Assembly (NCBI GenBank): GCA_964585475.1
Contig: CAZPDF010000004.1
Location: 23,169-87,168 of the forward strand
Direction: 5' to 3'
Length of the DNA stretch: 64,000 nucleotides
Origin: an uncultured Candidatus Saccharibacteria bacterium
GTDB taxonomy: Bacteria; Patescibacteriota; Minisyncoccia; Sungbacterales; HO2-52-23
Both the position numbers and the translations under genes were made by a program. This document shows positions 29,274 through 39,603 of this stretch, in pieces. A model generated the notes under the pieces. That model saw only the letters and a list, made by a program, of their open reading frames with translations, was not told where the DNA came from and did not search any database. How positions within the stretch are numbered: position 1 is the first letter of the stretch; each line of letters begins with the position of its first letter.

Positions 29274-32200
29274 CTATTTGGAGAGAATTTTGTCTATCTT
29301 CTTTCTGGTGAACGGGCCTACAACTCCCGTACCTTGACTAAGCCCTGACGGCGTTAAAATTTCGTCGGCATACTTTTCCTGAAAACGAATCACGGCTTGT
29401 TTGGTAAGATTGCCGAAAAATCCGGTGATAAGCCCTTCGGGATAAACACCTTCTTTGAGAAGAAGTTCCTGCATGGCTTTTACATCATCCCCGGTTGTGC
29501 CGACGGCGAGGTTTCTAAGAATTTCAAGTTTAACGGCCTGCCCGGGAGGAACTGCTGATTTTTCTTTGGATGGCATACCGAGAAGTTCATTTATCTTCTT
29601 TCTGGTTGAGGGACCGATAAAACCGCTGCCTTTCGCCAATCCTACCGGCGAAAGAATATCGGCTGCATACTTTTCTTGGAAACGAACGACGGCCTGTTTG
29701 GTAAGATTGCCGAAAAATCCGGTGATAAGCCCTTCGGGATAAACACCTTCTTTGAGAAGAAGTTCCTGCATGGCTTTTACATCATCCCCGGTTGTGCCGA
29801 CGGCGAGGTTTCTAAGAATTTCAAGTTTAATCGCTTGTCCAGGCGGAAGCTTATCCTTTGGCGCTTCTCCAGAAAGAGGAGCTGCGGGAGCCATCTTTTT
29901 AGCAGAGGTACCAACGGCTTTGACACTTACCTGATTAGTGTTTGTCGACTCGTTACCAGCCGGGTCAACTGCGCGGACAACGTAATAATATGTAATGCCT
30001 TCGGAGAGTCCTTCGTCGTCCGTAAATTCTTTTCCAGGCACTTCCAATGCTCTAATTTCACCAAGTTGAGTAGTTGTGGCGGATCGATAAATCTTCGCGT
30101 GGTCAAAATCGCGCGAAGGATTTTTCCATTCAATTTTAACTTTTCCCTGACCAAGGGCTGAAACAGTAACCGCAGTCGGCGCGACAGGTGGAATTATATC
30201 GGCTGCGGCCACGATGGCAAAGCGGGTGAAATGCGTGGTTTTACAGATCACGTTGTTTTCCGTTTTATTCACCAAGCAGTTTTCAAGCGGCTTCCACGTT
30301 CCTTTGGTTTCGTCCCAAAATCCAATGTCAAGCGTTTCTTCTTTTACGCCTTTTTCTGCGACTTCTGTCTTCTCGTAAAGAAGAGAGAGGGTAACCGGCG
30401 CCCTAAAGGAGGAGATCACCTGACCCGTAGCATCGCGAGCTTCTATGTCATAGACAATGCCTATTACCGTGACATCTCCTTGCGATGGCGTGCGCTCATC
30501 CGGTGTGATCGAAACACTTACCGAGCCGGAACTGGAGATGGCATTCGCCGGTGCAGTGACGGCCGCTCCTCCGCCGGCTGAAGAAACCACCATGGGTCGA
30601 GATGCATCAGCGGTCTTTAACGTAGACGGAGGCATTACTGCAACTTTTTGGAGATTTATCTCGTGTACCATACTAGTTGTACCGACGAAAAGCGGAACCT
30701 CCGATGCCTTATAAAGCACTCCGCCGATCTCTTTGGAAGCGGCCACTCTCCAAGTGGAGGATCCGGTGACGTTTAATATATAAGAGCCGTCGCTCTTTGA
30801 AACGGTCTCCTGGTATCCGCCCTGCTCCGCCCATCCCCAGATAAAACTTTCCGCAACGGTGGTTGTCCCGTTTACGAACACCTTCCCTGTGATTTTAAAC
30901 TCGGCCTTACGAAGTTTAAGGTTTAGGGTAAGAGTTTGTCCTTCGGCAGTGGTCACTTTCTCCTCCGCAGCGCTAATAAATCCAAACTCGGGAGGAACAA
31001 ATGTTTTTATAAAATAGGTTCCGGGAGGTACGGCAACTTTGTAAAACCCCTTCGCATCGGTCTCCGCTTCCGCGACCATGGACTCGAAAGTTCCCCCCTC
31101 AAACGCTCCGCTAAAACTGGTTTTGGATACACCCACAAAGGCATGGAATACTCCTCCTCCTACAGGATCACTGATCTGTCCAGTGATAATGGAGTTGGCC
31201 TTGATTGCGGTAAGATCCCGTACAACTGTAACATTCTCGCCAACCTTCGTTTCAATATCATGCCCTGCCGCTACGTACCCAAATGCAGGATCAATCTCAA
31301 AGCCAAGATACCAAGTTCCTGGAGCCACGCCCAAGCTATAGCTTCCGCTTACAGGATCAAGAAACGCATCTCGCCAAATATTGGTCTCGGTACTCGCAAA
31401 GATCTTAGCCGGAACTCCGGTAATAATTTTTCCGCTCTCATCTCTAAGATTTCCCGTGATCTTTGAGGTATTTCGAAAAACCGTAACTTTTACCGTAAGT
31501 GTTTGGCCGGAAGCCACCGTAACCTTCTGCGGCGGGCCGGAAGTATAGGATGAATCCGGCGGAAGGAAAAGAGATAAGGTATACGTTCCTGCAGGCACCG
31601 CTAAAGAGAAAGTTCCCCGCTCCACTGGTCCACCAAGCCCCGGCCCGCCGAAGAAAAAATCAGAACGCGGAGACCGAAGCACCTCTTGAGAAACGTCCAC
31701 GAACCCAAAGACATCGGAAACAACATTTCCTTTCTCGTCCACCACCTGCCCGGTGATTTTTGCGTCGGCAAGATGCAGCACGAAATTAACTACGGAGGTA
31801 ACGCCCGAAACCACGGTTATTTGCTTAGGAGGATCAAGACTATAAAGCTTGGTTGCAGGATCAGGCCGCGCCGAAACCTCCCAGGGCCCCGGAATTACCC
31901 GAAGATCAAATTCGCCCTGAGAATTGGTTAACGCAAAAGCAAGCCCTCCGCCTTCCGGCTGAACAGCGTTCACCTCAATTCCGCTAATGCCCTTTCCATC
32001 TTTATCCGTAACTTTACCTTTGATGTAATCCGTTCTAAGGACCAATCGAATCTCTCCCAAATCTTTAGTTTCTCCGGAAGCAACGGTTACCGCAGGAAGA
32101 GGAGGCGGACCGAACGAAGGATCCTGGGAGGCGATAAATAAAGTGTAGGTTCCGGCCACAATCGGAATCCGGAAAGAACCACTCGCGTCCACCGGGCCTC

Positions 32201-35150
32201 CGGTACCAAAACCGTCTTTAGTTCTGACTCCGGCAAAAACAGTGTCCGAAGAAGGTATAGAACCATCGGGTTTCAACACTTTCCCTTGGATAAAGGAGTC
32301 GGCGGTCCGCACGGTGAAATTAAGTATCTTTTCTTCGCTCGAAGAGTCCTTGGCAAAAATTACCGTTTCCGGTGGTTTGGTATAAATCCAGTCAACAGTG
32401 GACATGGACGGATTAAACGAAACCTCCCAAGTGCCACCTGGAAGAAGAAGAGTATAACTTCCGGAACTATCAGTGGTAGCTTCAAGAAACTGTTGGGTTT
32501 CCTGTCTATACACGCCGATTCTCGCATTGGTAATCGCGCGTCCATCTTCGCGGAGCACCCGTCCTTTTATTACTTTAGTCGGCTTAATGAGAACGATGGT
32601 CCCCAAATCCTTGGTTTCGCCCATAGCCAGGGTAAAACTCGCAAGCTCCGGTCCTATCAAAGCCGGATCTTTACTAAAGATATTCAGGCGGTACGTTCCT
32701 GCAGGAAGAGAAACTGCAAATGCTCCGGTGGCATCCGTTGGTCTGCCTCCCAGACTCATGCCCGCCTCATTCTGAAAATCTGCAGACACCGAGCCCTGAG
32801 AGGGCGCGGTTCCGTCCGGCCGCAAAATCTTTCCTTTTACCTTGGCGTCGGCCTTTATTACCGTAAAATCGATGTTTTTGAATTCGGCTGTAAAATCATT
32901 CGCAAAGGAGATAAACACGGGCGAGGCCACATATACCCAATCCGGAGTCGTGGTTGCCGAATAGATAAAAGCTTCCCAGATGCCGCCGGTAAGAAGAAGG
33001 GCGTAGTTTCCCTGCAAGTCAGTCTTTGCTTCTCTTTGCGGTCCAGCCCTTGTATAAGCGCCCACAACAGCGTCCGTTACTCCTCGCCCATCCGGATAGC
33101 GCACTATGCCCTTTACGGTCTTGGGCGGTTTTACGAGCGTAATATTCCCTAAGTCCCTAACCTCTCCTTTGGCTAAAACAATGGCTGGAAGCGTAGGCGC
33201 TATAAGGTTTGACTCCTTGGTTTCCACCAAAAGTTCATAAGTACCTGCCGTAACCGGAACATCAAAAAATCCGCTCGCATAAACTTGACCGCCAAACCCA
33301 TAGACCGGCATTCCGGAAATATAAGCATCTTTGGGTCGTAAGCTCACCCAAGCGGTATTTTCCGGAGGAGGAGTTCCGTCGGGACGATAGATGTTTCCGC
33401 GGACTCTTGCGTCCGTCACGGTTACCGTAAAGTCAACCACTTTTTCTTCAAACGTGAGATCGCCTGCAAAAATAACTGTCGGCTGGGGCTGAATATAAGA
33501 CCAGCCGGCGGGGCTTGATTGCGGAGAGATTGAAACCCGCCAGGTTCCTCCTGAAGTAAGCAGGGTATAATTACCTGCGGGATCCGCGGTAATAAATACC
33601 GAACGGCGGGTATCTTCCTGATACGCGTTCACTCCGGCGTCCCCAACCCCGTTACCGTCCGGGAAGCGAACTTTCCCTTTAATGGTTTTGGTGGCCCTGG
33701 CTAAAGTTAGAGTTCCCAAATCCTTGGTCTCTCCCTTGGCAAGGGTAATCGGAAGAAACGCCGGAGGAACCACGCTTGAGTCCTGACTGCTGATATAAAT
33801 GTTATAGGTGCCGGTTGCGGCTCCGATGGAAAAGAAACCTTGCTCGTTTGTATCTCCGCCGAAATTGTCTCCGGAGCTTGAGTTGAGATTGATGAAAATC
33901 TTATTTAACGGCGGCGCTGTTCCATCCGGAAGAAGAACTCTTCCCTGGACTTTCGCATCGATGCTTGAAACGATAAAATCAACAATTTTTTCTTCCGGAG
34001 TCGAATTTTCGGCAAATACTATTGATGGAGAAGGCCTAGAATAAGCCCAATCCCGTGTTTCGGAACGGGAAAAAACGTGCAGATTCCATGTTCCGCCAGT
34101 GACAAGGAGTGAATAATTTCCTGCAGAATCGGCTTGGGCTTCAACATAGCCTTGCGTTGTTCCCCGAGAAGCGCTTACCACTGCATCTCCCACCCCTCTT
34201 CCATCAGATCGCACCACCCTTCCCTTGATGGTTTTGGTTGCTTTCACGAGATAAAGTATGCCTAGATCTTTGGCTTCGCCTTTTACCACGGTTACAGGAC
34301 TTGTGGTCGGCGCGCTAAATCCCGGGTCGCTAACATATATAAAGATACTATAGGTTCCTGTGGATAGCTGAACAAAGAACGAGCCGCTTTGGTCCACCGA
34401 TGATCCAAACCCAAGCCCTGCGGAACCCTGAAAAGAGATGCTGGTACTCATGGCTGCCGGCGTTCCGTCGGGACGAAGAATCTTCCCCTTCACCGATGCT
34501 TCAACCGTAGTAACGATAAAGTTAATAATTTTTTCCTCCGCCGTGATGTCCGAAGCGAAAGTAAGGCCCGTCGGCGATTGATTATAAATCCAATCGCTCG
34601 TCGTAATAGGAAAAACAGTAACGCTCCATGCTCCGCCAGTAACCAGAAGCGTATAATTTCCGGAGGAGTCGGTCTGTATCTCTATATATGTATCCTGCCT
34701 AAAGGCCTGGACACGCGCGTTAGTAACGGAGGTTCCGTCCGCTCGCTTCACTTGGCCTTTAATGGTCTTGGCGGCCTTAAGAAGAATTAAATCCTGCGTA
34801 CGGGTCTCACCGGCCGAAAGAGTTATATCTATGGGGTAAGAACTTATCAGGTTGGTTATTCCAAAAAGAGGCCAAGCACGAATTTTATAGGTATCGGGCG
34901 GAACAGCAATGCTATACGTACCATTCGCATTCGTTACGGTGTTGTAAGATACGGAATGATCGGCTTTATAAATTCCAACTGATGAGTCCGGAATGGCAAC
35001 CCCCGATTCATCCCATACCTTGCCGGATACCGTTGCGGTAGTAGTTGAAGTGGTCTGGGCGGATGCCGATTCGGGAACACCAAAAACAATCAGACAAGAT
35101 GCCGACAAAATGGCAAGAAATAACGGCAGAAAAGCCAAATACTTTCTCAT
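29274..35150 (-). CDS. giant cell-surface protein: >12 carboxypeptidase-regulatory-like beta-sandwich repeats, FN3-like domain, two C-terminal PG_binding_1 domains
   Basis: ORF to 35192; likely start at MRKYLAFLPLFLAILSASC (35150) giving a signal peptide; repeated ..KG.V...DG....A.V....SGNY.L....GTW motifs; C-terminal duplicated ..GTTGDDVKAMQELLLKEGVYPEGLITGFFGNLTKQAV.RFQEKY. Confidence 0.65.
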   Translation of the reverse strand: MRKYLAFLPLFLAILSASCLIVFGVPESASAQTTSTTTATVSGKVWDESGVAIPDSSVGIYKADHSVSYNTVTNANGTYSIAVPPDTYKIRAWPLFGITNLISSYPIDITLSAGETRTQDLILLKAAKTIKGQVKRADGTSVTNARVQAFRQDTYIEIQTDSSGNYTLLVTGGAWSVTVFPITTSDWIYNQSPTGLTFASDITAEEKIINFIVTTVEASVKGKILRPDGTPAAMSTSISFQGSAGLGFGSSVDQSGSFFVQLSTGTYSIFIYVSDPGFSAPTTSPVTVVKGEAKDLGILYLVKATKTIKGRVVRSDGRGVGDAVVSASRGTTQGYVEAQADSAGNYSLLVTGGTWNLHVFSRSETRDWAYSRPSPSIVFAENSTPEEKIVDFIVSSIDAKVQGRVLLPDGTAPPLNKIFINLNSSSGDNFGGDTNEQGFFSIGAATGTYNIYISSQDSSVVPPAFLPITLAKGETKDLGTLTLARATKTIKGKVRFPDGNGVGDAGVNAYQEDTRRSVFITADPAGNYTLLTSGGTWRVSISPQSSPAGWSYIQPQPTVIFAGDLTFEEKVVDFTVTVTDARVRGNIYRPDGTPPPENTAWVSLRPKDAYISGMPVYGFGGQVYASGFFDVPVTAGTYELLVETKESNLIAPTLPAIVLAKGEVRDLGNITLVKPPKTVKGIVRYPDGRGVTDAVVGAYTRAGPQREAKTDLQGNYALLLTGGIWEAFIYSATTTPDWVYVASPVFISFANDFTAEFKNIDFTVIKADAKVKGKILRPDGTAPSQGSVSADFQNEAGMSLGGRPTDATGAFAVSLPAGTYRLNIFSKDPALIGPELASFTLAMGETKDLGTIVLIKPTKVIKGRVLREDGRAITNARIGVYRQETQQFLEATTDSSGSYTLLLPGGTWEVSFNPSMSTVDWIYTKPPETVIFAKDSSSEEKILNFTVRTADSFIQGKVLKPDGSIPSSDTVFAGVRTKDGFGTGGPVDASGSFRIPIVAGTYTLFIASQDPSFGPPPLPAVTVASGETKDLGEIRLVLRTDYIKGKVTDKDGKGISGIEVNAVQPEGGGLAFALTNSQGEFDLRVIPGPWEVSARPDPATKLYSLDPPKQITVVSGVTSVVNFVLHLADAKITGQVVDEKGNVVSDVFGFVDVSQEVLRSPRSDFFFGGPGLGGPVERGTFSLAVPAGTYTLSLFLPPDSSYTSGPPQKVTVASGQTLTVKVTVFRNTSKITGNLRDESGKIITGVPAKIFASTETNIWRDAFLDPVSGSYSLGVAPGTWYLGFEIDPAFGYVAAGHDIETKVGENVTVVRDLTAIKANSIITGQISDPVGGGVFHAFVGVSKTSFSGAFEGGTFESMVAEAETDAKGFYKVAVPPGTYFIKTFVPPEFGFISAAEEKVTTAEGQTLTLNLKLRKAEFKITGKVFVNGTTTVAESFIWGWAEQGGYQETVSKSDGSYILNVTGSSTWRVAASKEIGGVLYKASEVPLFVGTTSMVHEINLQKVAVMPPSTLKTADASRPMVVSSAGGGAAVTAPANAISSSGSVSVSITPDERTPSQGDVTVIGIVYDIEARDATGQVISSFRAPVTLSLLYEKTEVAEKGVKEETLDIGFWDETKGTWKPLENCLVNKTENNVICKTTHFTRFAIVAAADIIPPVAPTAVTVSALGQGKVKIEWKNPSRDFDHAKIYRSATTTQLGEIRALEVPGKEFTDDEGLSEGITYYYVVRAVDPAGNESTNTNQVSVKAVGTSAKKMAPAAPLSGEAPKDKLPPGQAIKLEILRNLAVGTTGDDVKAMQELLLKEGVYPEGLITGFFGNLTKQAVVRFQEKYAADILSPVGLAKGSGFIGPSTRKKINELLGMPSKEKSAVPPGQAVKLEILRNLAVGTTGDDVKAMQELLLKEGVYPEGLITGFFGNLTKQAVIRFQEKYADEILTPSGLSQGTGVVGPFTRKKIDKILSK
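29289..29882. repeat. near-identical 297-bp tandem duplication encoding two PG-binding domains
   Basis: ~130 bp perfectly identical blocks at 29404-29536 and 29701-29833; antisense ORFs 29455 and 29752 start with identical 26 residues. Confidence 0.7.
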
Positions 35151-35163
35151 AGTAATTGTTGTG

Positions 35164-35370
35164 TTATGCCGCTTGGTATCCGAGTTCGGCAATAGCTTTT
35201 ATAATCTGCTCCTTGGTGACCTTGGCCGGATCAAACTCAAAAACCCCCTTCTTCCCGTCATAATCAACAAAGGAGGACGCGACCCCGTCCATCTGCGAGG
35301 TCAGCATCTGAATGCCGGTGGCGCAGGCGCCGCAATGCATACCCTCAATTTTTAACTCGATTTTCTCCAT
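35164..35370 (-). CDS. copZ: copper chaperone CopZ (heavy-metal-associated domain)
   Basis: 68 aa; GMHCGAC metal-binding motif. Confidence 0.8.
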   Translation of the reverse strand: MEKIELKIEGMHCGACATGIQMLTSQMDGVASSFVDYDGKKGVFEFDPAKVTKEQIIKAIAELGYQAA

Positions 35371-35976
35371 AAAATTTATAAGTTTATTAACCAGTAATTG
35401 CCGGGTGATTCATTATTAAAATATTACCACACTTAACAACTTCATCAAAAGTGTGAGATTGTGGATAATAGGCCTATTCAAAACTACATCGGTTATATAG
35501 TATTAAATGTTTATTATCTCTGGCAGAATACCTCGGAGCTCTGCTCCGAGGATGAATGCCGAGCCCCCGCGCGTAAGCGGAGGAGATAACCCCGACGTAG
35601 TCGTCCGATTAGAGGACCTCGTATTCCGTAGAGGAATACCCCGCAGCCCCGCCTGCCGGCGGGCAGGTCTGCTACGGGTGTCGGTTATTATTCAATGCAT
35701 GGGGATAAGTATTTTGCGGAAATTTGCAATAAATAATACAATAAAAAATGCAATATAAACTTAAAAAACCGTCAAATATGCATATTCTAAACGTCATTGT
35801 CTATATAATAATCTACATTGTTGTAACGGTTACTATTGTGATGCTTTTAAGATGGGGGGTGAGATCATTGGTGATATGGGGCTGGCACAAATACAAATCA
35901 GTTAATCCTCCGACTAATGTAGAAATGGACAAAAATGCCTCCCCTCCCGCAAAATAAAAAATGGGGAATGAAGCTC

Positions 35977-36083
35977 CACGGGCAAGCCCGTGGTATCCCC
36001 TCTTACGGTCAAGCCGAAGGCTTGCCCGTGGAGCGGAATCCCGCACCGAGGACCACCTATTCACCCACGAGCAAGCCCGTGGT
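35977..36083. promoter_or_regulatory. three hairpin repeats of CAAGCCCGTGG upstream of the 36126 gene
   Basis: CCACGGGCAAGCCCGTGG (35977-35994, perfect palindrome), CTTGCCCGTGG (36021-36031), CCACGAGCAAGCCCGTGG (36066-36083). Confidence 0.4.
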
Positions 36084-36125
36084 CCTCTGGTGCGTGGATA
36101 GATAATACAAAAAGATTCATCTTTC

Positions 36126-37715
36126 ATGTTTTTACGTCTTGTAATCGTCTGGCTAATCTTATCTATGCCATGGGTTTCCATTCCCCTGGGATTTTGGACG
36201 CCCGCGGCTCATGCGCAGACGCCTTCTTCGCAAACCCAGGCCGATCTGGTGGCCGAAGACATTTGGTGGACACCGCTTGAGGTAAATATCGGAGATCAGG
36301 TATTTTTTGGCTTCCGGGTCCACAACGCCGGCACCGCCTCGTCCGGTCCTTTCAAAATTCTTTTCAGGACAAGTAGCGGCGGGGTTCCCTTGACATGCGC
36401 TTCCGATGTCGCAGACCTCTCCGCCAAGACTACCCTGCTTTCAAGCGCCCTATCCGGCCAAGGAACAACGCTCATTGATGGCATCGCGGTTCCCTATTGT
36501 AATTCCTCCTTCTTCCAGATAGAAGCTCCTGCTGGCGGAGGAGGAATAACGTTCCTTTTATATGTTGACAGGAGTAACCAGGTCCAGGAATCCATTGAGT
36601 CTAATAATATTCTCTCTGAATCCGTCGCTGTGACTGCTCCGCCATCAACGCCTATCCCAACGCCAACTCCTACACCAACACCAGCACCGGCGCCAATCCA
36701 ATGTTCGGTGCAATTAATCCCCGCCTGGAGAGTAGGCGATGTAAGGAACATATGGGCTGCACCGGGCAGCGAGAGATATCAATATTTGTTAACTCTTCCT
36801 CCGGACACGCTGATGATACAGAAAGACGGCAATTGGGTCATTGCCTCCACCGGACAATTTATTGACCAGGTAACCCCGGGTCAGCAATATTCCGCTCCGA
36901 CGACAACTTTTGCCATGCCAACATGTACCCCGGCGCCGGCTCCCGCTATCGGCGGCGGCACATTACCAATCCAGCAGGAAGGCCCAATCCCGCTTCCTAG
37001 TGTGGGTGGGAATATAAGCAGTCCCCCTGGTGGCACTACGCCCGGCGGAGAAATAGGCGGACAGCCATCCGGAAACACTTCGGGGCAAACCGGAGGACAG
37101 CCATCCGGAAACACTTCGGGGCAGACTAGCGGACAAACTGCCGGACAAACAGGCGGGCAAGCTACGAGTCCAACTGGACAATCACAAACATCGACATTCG
37201 GCGCGGCAGTTGCCAACGCTATCGCAGGCGCCATTAATAATTCGCCTTTCGGGCTCGCAGCGGCCTTATTAGGAAACAATAATCTTGCCGCAACGCTCGG
37301 AATTACGAACACCAACCCGACAAACATAACCACAGCAGTCATTGGCCTCGCCATAACAGGTATCACAATGGGCATTGGTAATAGCGCCTTATCACTGGCA
37401 ATTAATATTGCTCAGGGAATAATAGGTATTGTTAAATTTGCGATAAGTCTTTTTAGCGGCAAAGGAGGAGATCCAGGGCCCTCATCTACACCAGGGGGGG
37501 AGCCAGAGGGCGCTGAAAGCACAAGTGAAGCAGTCGAGGGCGTTGAAAGCACAAGTGAAGCAGTCGAGGGCGTTGAAAGCACGAGCGAGTCAACAGAGGG
37601 CGTTGAAAGCACTTCAGAAGCCGGAGCAGGAGTAGAAGGTGTTGAAAGCACTTCAGAAGCCGGAGTAGGAGCAGAGGCAGGAGCAGGAGCAGGAGCAGGA
37701 GCAGATGCCTACTGA
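36126..37715 (+). CDS. secreted low-complexity repeat protein (PT linker, GQ(P/T)SGNTS repeats, TSEAVEGVES repeats, hydrophobic segment)
   Basis: 529 aa; signal peptide; PTPTPTPTPAPAP; GGQPSGNTSGQTGGQPSGNTSGQTSGQ; C-terminal EAVEGVESTSEAVEGVESTSE.. Confidence 0.5.
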   Translation: MFLRLVIVWLILSMPWVSIPLGFWTPAAHAQTPSSQTQADLVAEDIWWTPLEVNIGDQVFFGFRVHNAGTASSGPFKILFRTSSGGVPLTCASDVADLSAKTTLLSSALSGQGTTLIDGIAVPYCNSSFFQIEAPAGGGGITFLLYVDRSNQVQESIESNNILSESVAVTAPPSTPIPTPTPTPTPAPAPIQCSVQLIPAWRVGDVRNIWAAPGSERYQYLLTLPPDTLMIQKDGNWVIASTGQFIDQVTPGQQYSAPTTTFAMPTCTPAPAPAIGGGTLPIQQEGPIPLPSVGGNISSPPGGTTPGGEIGGQPSGNTSGQTGGQPSGNTSGQTSGQTAGQTGGQATSPTGQSQTSTFGAAVANAIAGAINNSPFGLAAALLGNNNLAATLGITNTNPTNITTAVIGLAITGITMGIGNSALSLAINIAQGIIGIVKFAISLFSGKGGDPGPSSTPGGEPEGAESTSEAVEGVESTSEAVEGVESTSESTEGVESTSEAGAGVEGVESTSEAGVGAEAGAGAGAGADAY

Positions 37716-37750
37716 ATTCACCCCCGGGAGGAGAAATGTAAATACAAAAA

Positions 37751-37781
37751 CCGTCCCGCTGAAAAGCGGGGCGGTTTTTTT
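37751..37781. terminator. bidirectional rho-independent terminator
   Basis: CCGTCCCGC..GCGGGGCGG 9-bp stem with A-tract before and TTTTTTT after; between convergent genes. Confidence 0.6.
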
Positions 37782-39600
37782 ATTCAACTTCCACTTGCTG
37801 GGAAAAACAGCGGAAATTCTGAAGAGTTTGATGAGCCGCCATAACAGGAATACGGCAAAAATTTTCTTTATTTTCGTCGTTCGGCGGCGAGCGTTTAATG
37901 CATTCTTCATTTCTCCACCCTGATTTTTCTAAATTACTCCATCCCGGCAAAAGGTCTTTTAGAACCTCGCGCCGCTTCTCGTCAGGACAAATTCCCGGCA
38001 GCCAACTTCGGTAATAAATCAAAACGGGCTCGGCATAAGGAATAATTTCAAAACTTGCCCATCCGAATTCGTTGCTATCCAGATAGTCATATTTTGTTTC
38101 AAAGAAAAAGACATTGCCGGAGCGTGAAAAATTTTTTACGACGGCTTGAGAATCGGTAAATGGGGAAGAGGCGCTTATATTCCGAACCTCGGCATTTTCC
38201 ACTTCCACGTGCAATCCGCCGAAGGCGAAGGGCTCCGCAAGAGAAGGGCCGCCGATATTTTCCAGTTTTATCGCGATTTTCTGCGACTGGCCAAGGCGCA
38301 AAACGCCGCCGGCTTCTATGATAATATGCGAGAGAGGCGGAAAGCGATAAAAATTCCTGTAAAAAACAAGGCCCCCCCACACTGCGGCCAAAGCCAAAAC
38401 AAGCACCAGGCCAGTTTTTGTCATCATCATCTTAATTTTTAAATGCCTCAGATAAAAACCGGCATATTCCCAGATATGGCCGATTTTTTCCTTAATGACT
38501 CCCGGTTCCAATATCAATTTTACGCCAAGAGCCATCACATATAAAAAAAGGGACAATGCCAAAAATCTCTCTTTTACAAAAAAGAGCAGAAACGCAAATC
38601 CAACCAGATTGAAAACGCCGATAATCTGCTTTTCTTTTTTCCTTAAATCAAGCGCTATTGAACACCAACCCCAAAAAATAAGGAAAAGTCCGGACAGGCC
38701 GAAATAAGACCAAAATCTACTAAAACTTATGTTGGCCCAATCACTGCGGCTCATGGCCGAAATTAAATCCGGATCGGAACGATGCCAGAAAGCATATATA
38801 TATTCCTTTATCATTGCCAGAGGGGAGTAATCAATTCCGATCAATACTCTGGATAATACTTCCGCCAGCAATAAAGGGCTTAGTAAAAAGAAAAGCAATA
38901 GAACGGCGTTTTTTTTAGATAAATTCCCGCTTAAAATCCAAAAAATAAAAAGGGGGACCGAGGAAATATAAAAAACCGGAAACTGCTGCCAGGCCAGAAC
39001 TAACGCAGTATTCACCAATAGGCTGGCGGCAAAAAACCGGTTTATATCGGGCTTAGCAGCTACTTTAATTAAAAAATACACCCCTAAAAAAATAAGCCAT
39101 GTTCCGACTGTCTCCTCAAAATAACCCATGGTCGTCAAAGAAACGGAAACCGGCAAAAAAGAAAATATCGCGAGGGTATAAATCGCTACCGCCGTTCCCC
39201 AAAGATCATAAAAAACGAAAAACAGGCTCAAAGACCATAAACCATACATCGCCAGCGGGAAAATTTTTACAAAATCTTCAAGGTTTAAACCGCCAACAAG
39301 CTGATATATTTTATAAAACGACCGGGTAAAATAAGCCAGAAAGGGCGGAGCATTTTCTTTTCTAACCGATGGGGCAAAATCCCAAATGTCTTCTTTGGGA
39401 AAATAGCCGTCAGTAACAAGCCGTTGGGACTTGTCAAAATAATAACTAGAAACAGTATTCAGGACCGGCTCATAAATTATATTACTACTCCGAAAATAAA
39501 AACCAATTCCCAAAATCAGCGCTACTAATAAAACCAGGCCTTGTTTTTTAAAAACCTTATGGAAAAATCCCTTGATTTCACGAAAACGGCCTTTTTCCAT
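37780..39600 (-). CDS. polytopic membrane protein, GT-C-like (ArnT/PMT/STT3-type) glycosyltransferase candidate with extracytoplasmic C-terminal domain
   Basis: 606 aa; >10 TM helices in N-terminal 430 aa then soluble domain; immediately downstream of a GT2 gene; family assignment inferred from architecture. Confidence 0.4.
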   Translation of the reverse strand: MEKGRFREIKGFFHKVFKKQGLVLLVALILGIGFYFRSSNIIYEPVLNTVSSYYFDKSQRLVTDGYFPKEDIWDFAPSVRKENAPPFLAYFTRSFYKIYQLVGGLNLEDFVKIFPLAMYGLWSLSLFFVFYDLWGTAVAIYTLAIFSFLPVSVSLTTMGYFEETVGTWLIFLGVYFLIKVAAKPDINRFFAASLLVNTALVLAWQQFPVFYISSVPLFIFWILSGNLSKKNAVLLLFFLLSPLLLAEVLSRVLIGIDYSPLAMIKEYIYAFWHRSDPDLISAMSRSDWANISFSRFWSYFGLSGLFLIFWGWCSIALDLRKKEKQIIGVFNLVGFAFLLFFVKERFLALSLFLYVMALGVKLILEPGVIKEKIGHIWEYAGFYLRHLKIKMMMTKTGLVLVLALAAVWGGLVFYRNFYRFPPLSHIIIEAGGVLRLGQSQKIAIKLENIGGPSLAEPFAFGGLHVEVENAEVRNISASSPFTDSQAVVKNFSRSGNVFFFETKYDYLDSNEFGWASFEIIPYAEPVLIYYRSWLPGICPDEKRREVLKDLLPGWSNLEKSGWRNEECIKRSPPNDENKENFCRIPVMAAHQTLQNFRCFSQQVEVE

Positions 39601-39603
39601 ATT

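Noticed and set aside
32286-33152. 288-aa plus-strand ORF inside the giant surface protein gene
   Set aside because: Antisense to a coherent 1,959-aa repeat protein; no RBS; composition artefact.
35507-35758. 83-aa ORF in the GC-rich hairpin block
   Set aside because: Arg/Pro-rich translation coincident with stable hairpins; more consistent with non-coding structured DNA or RNA.
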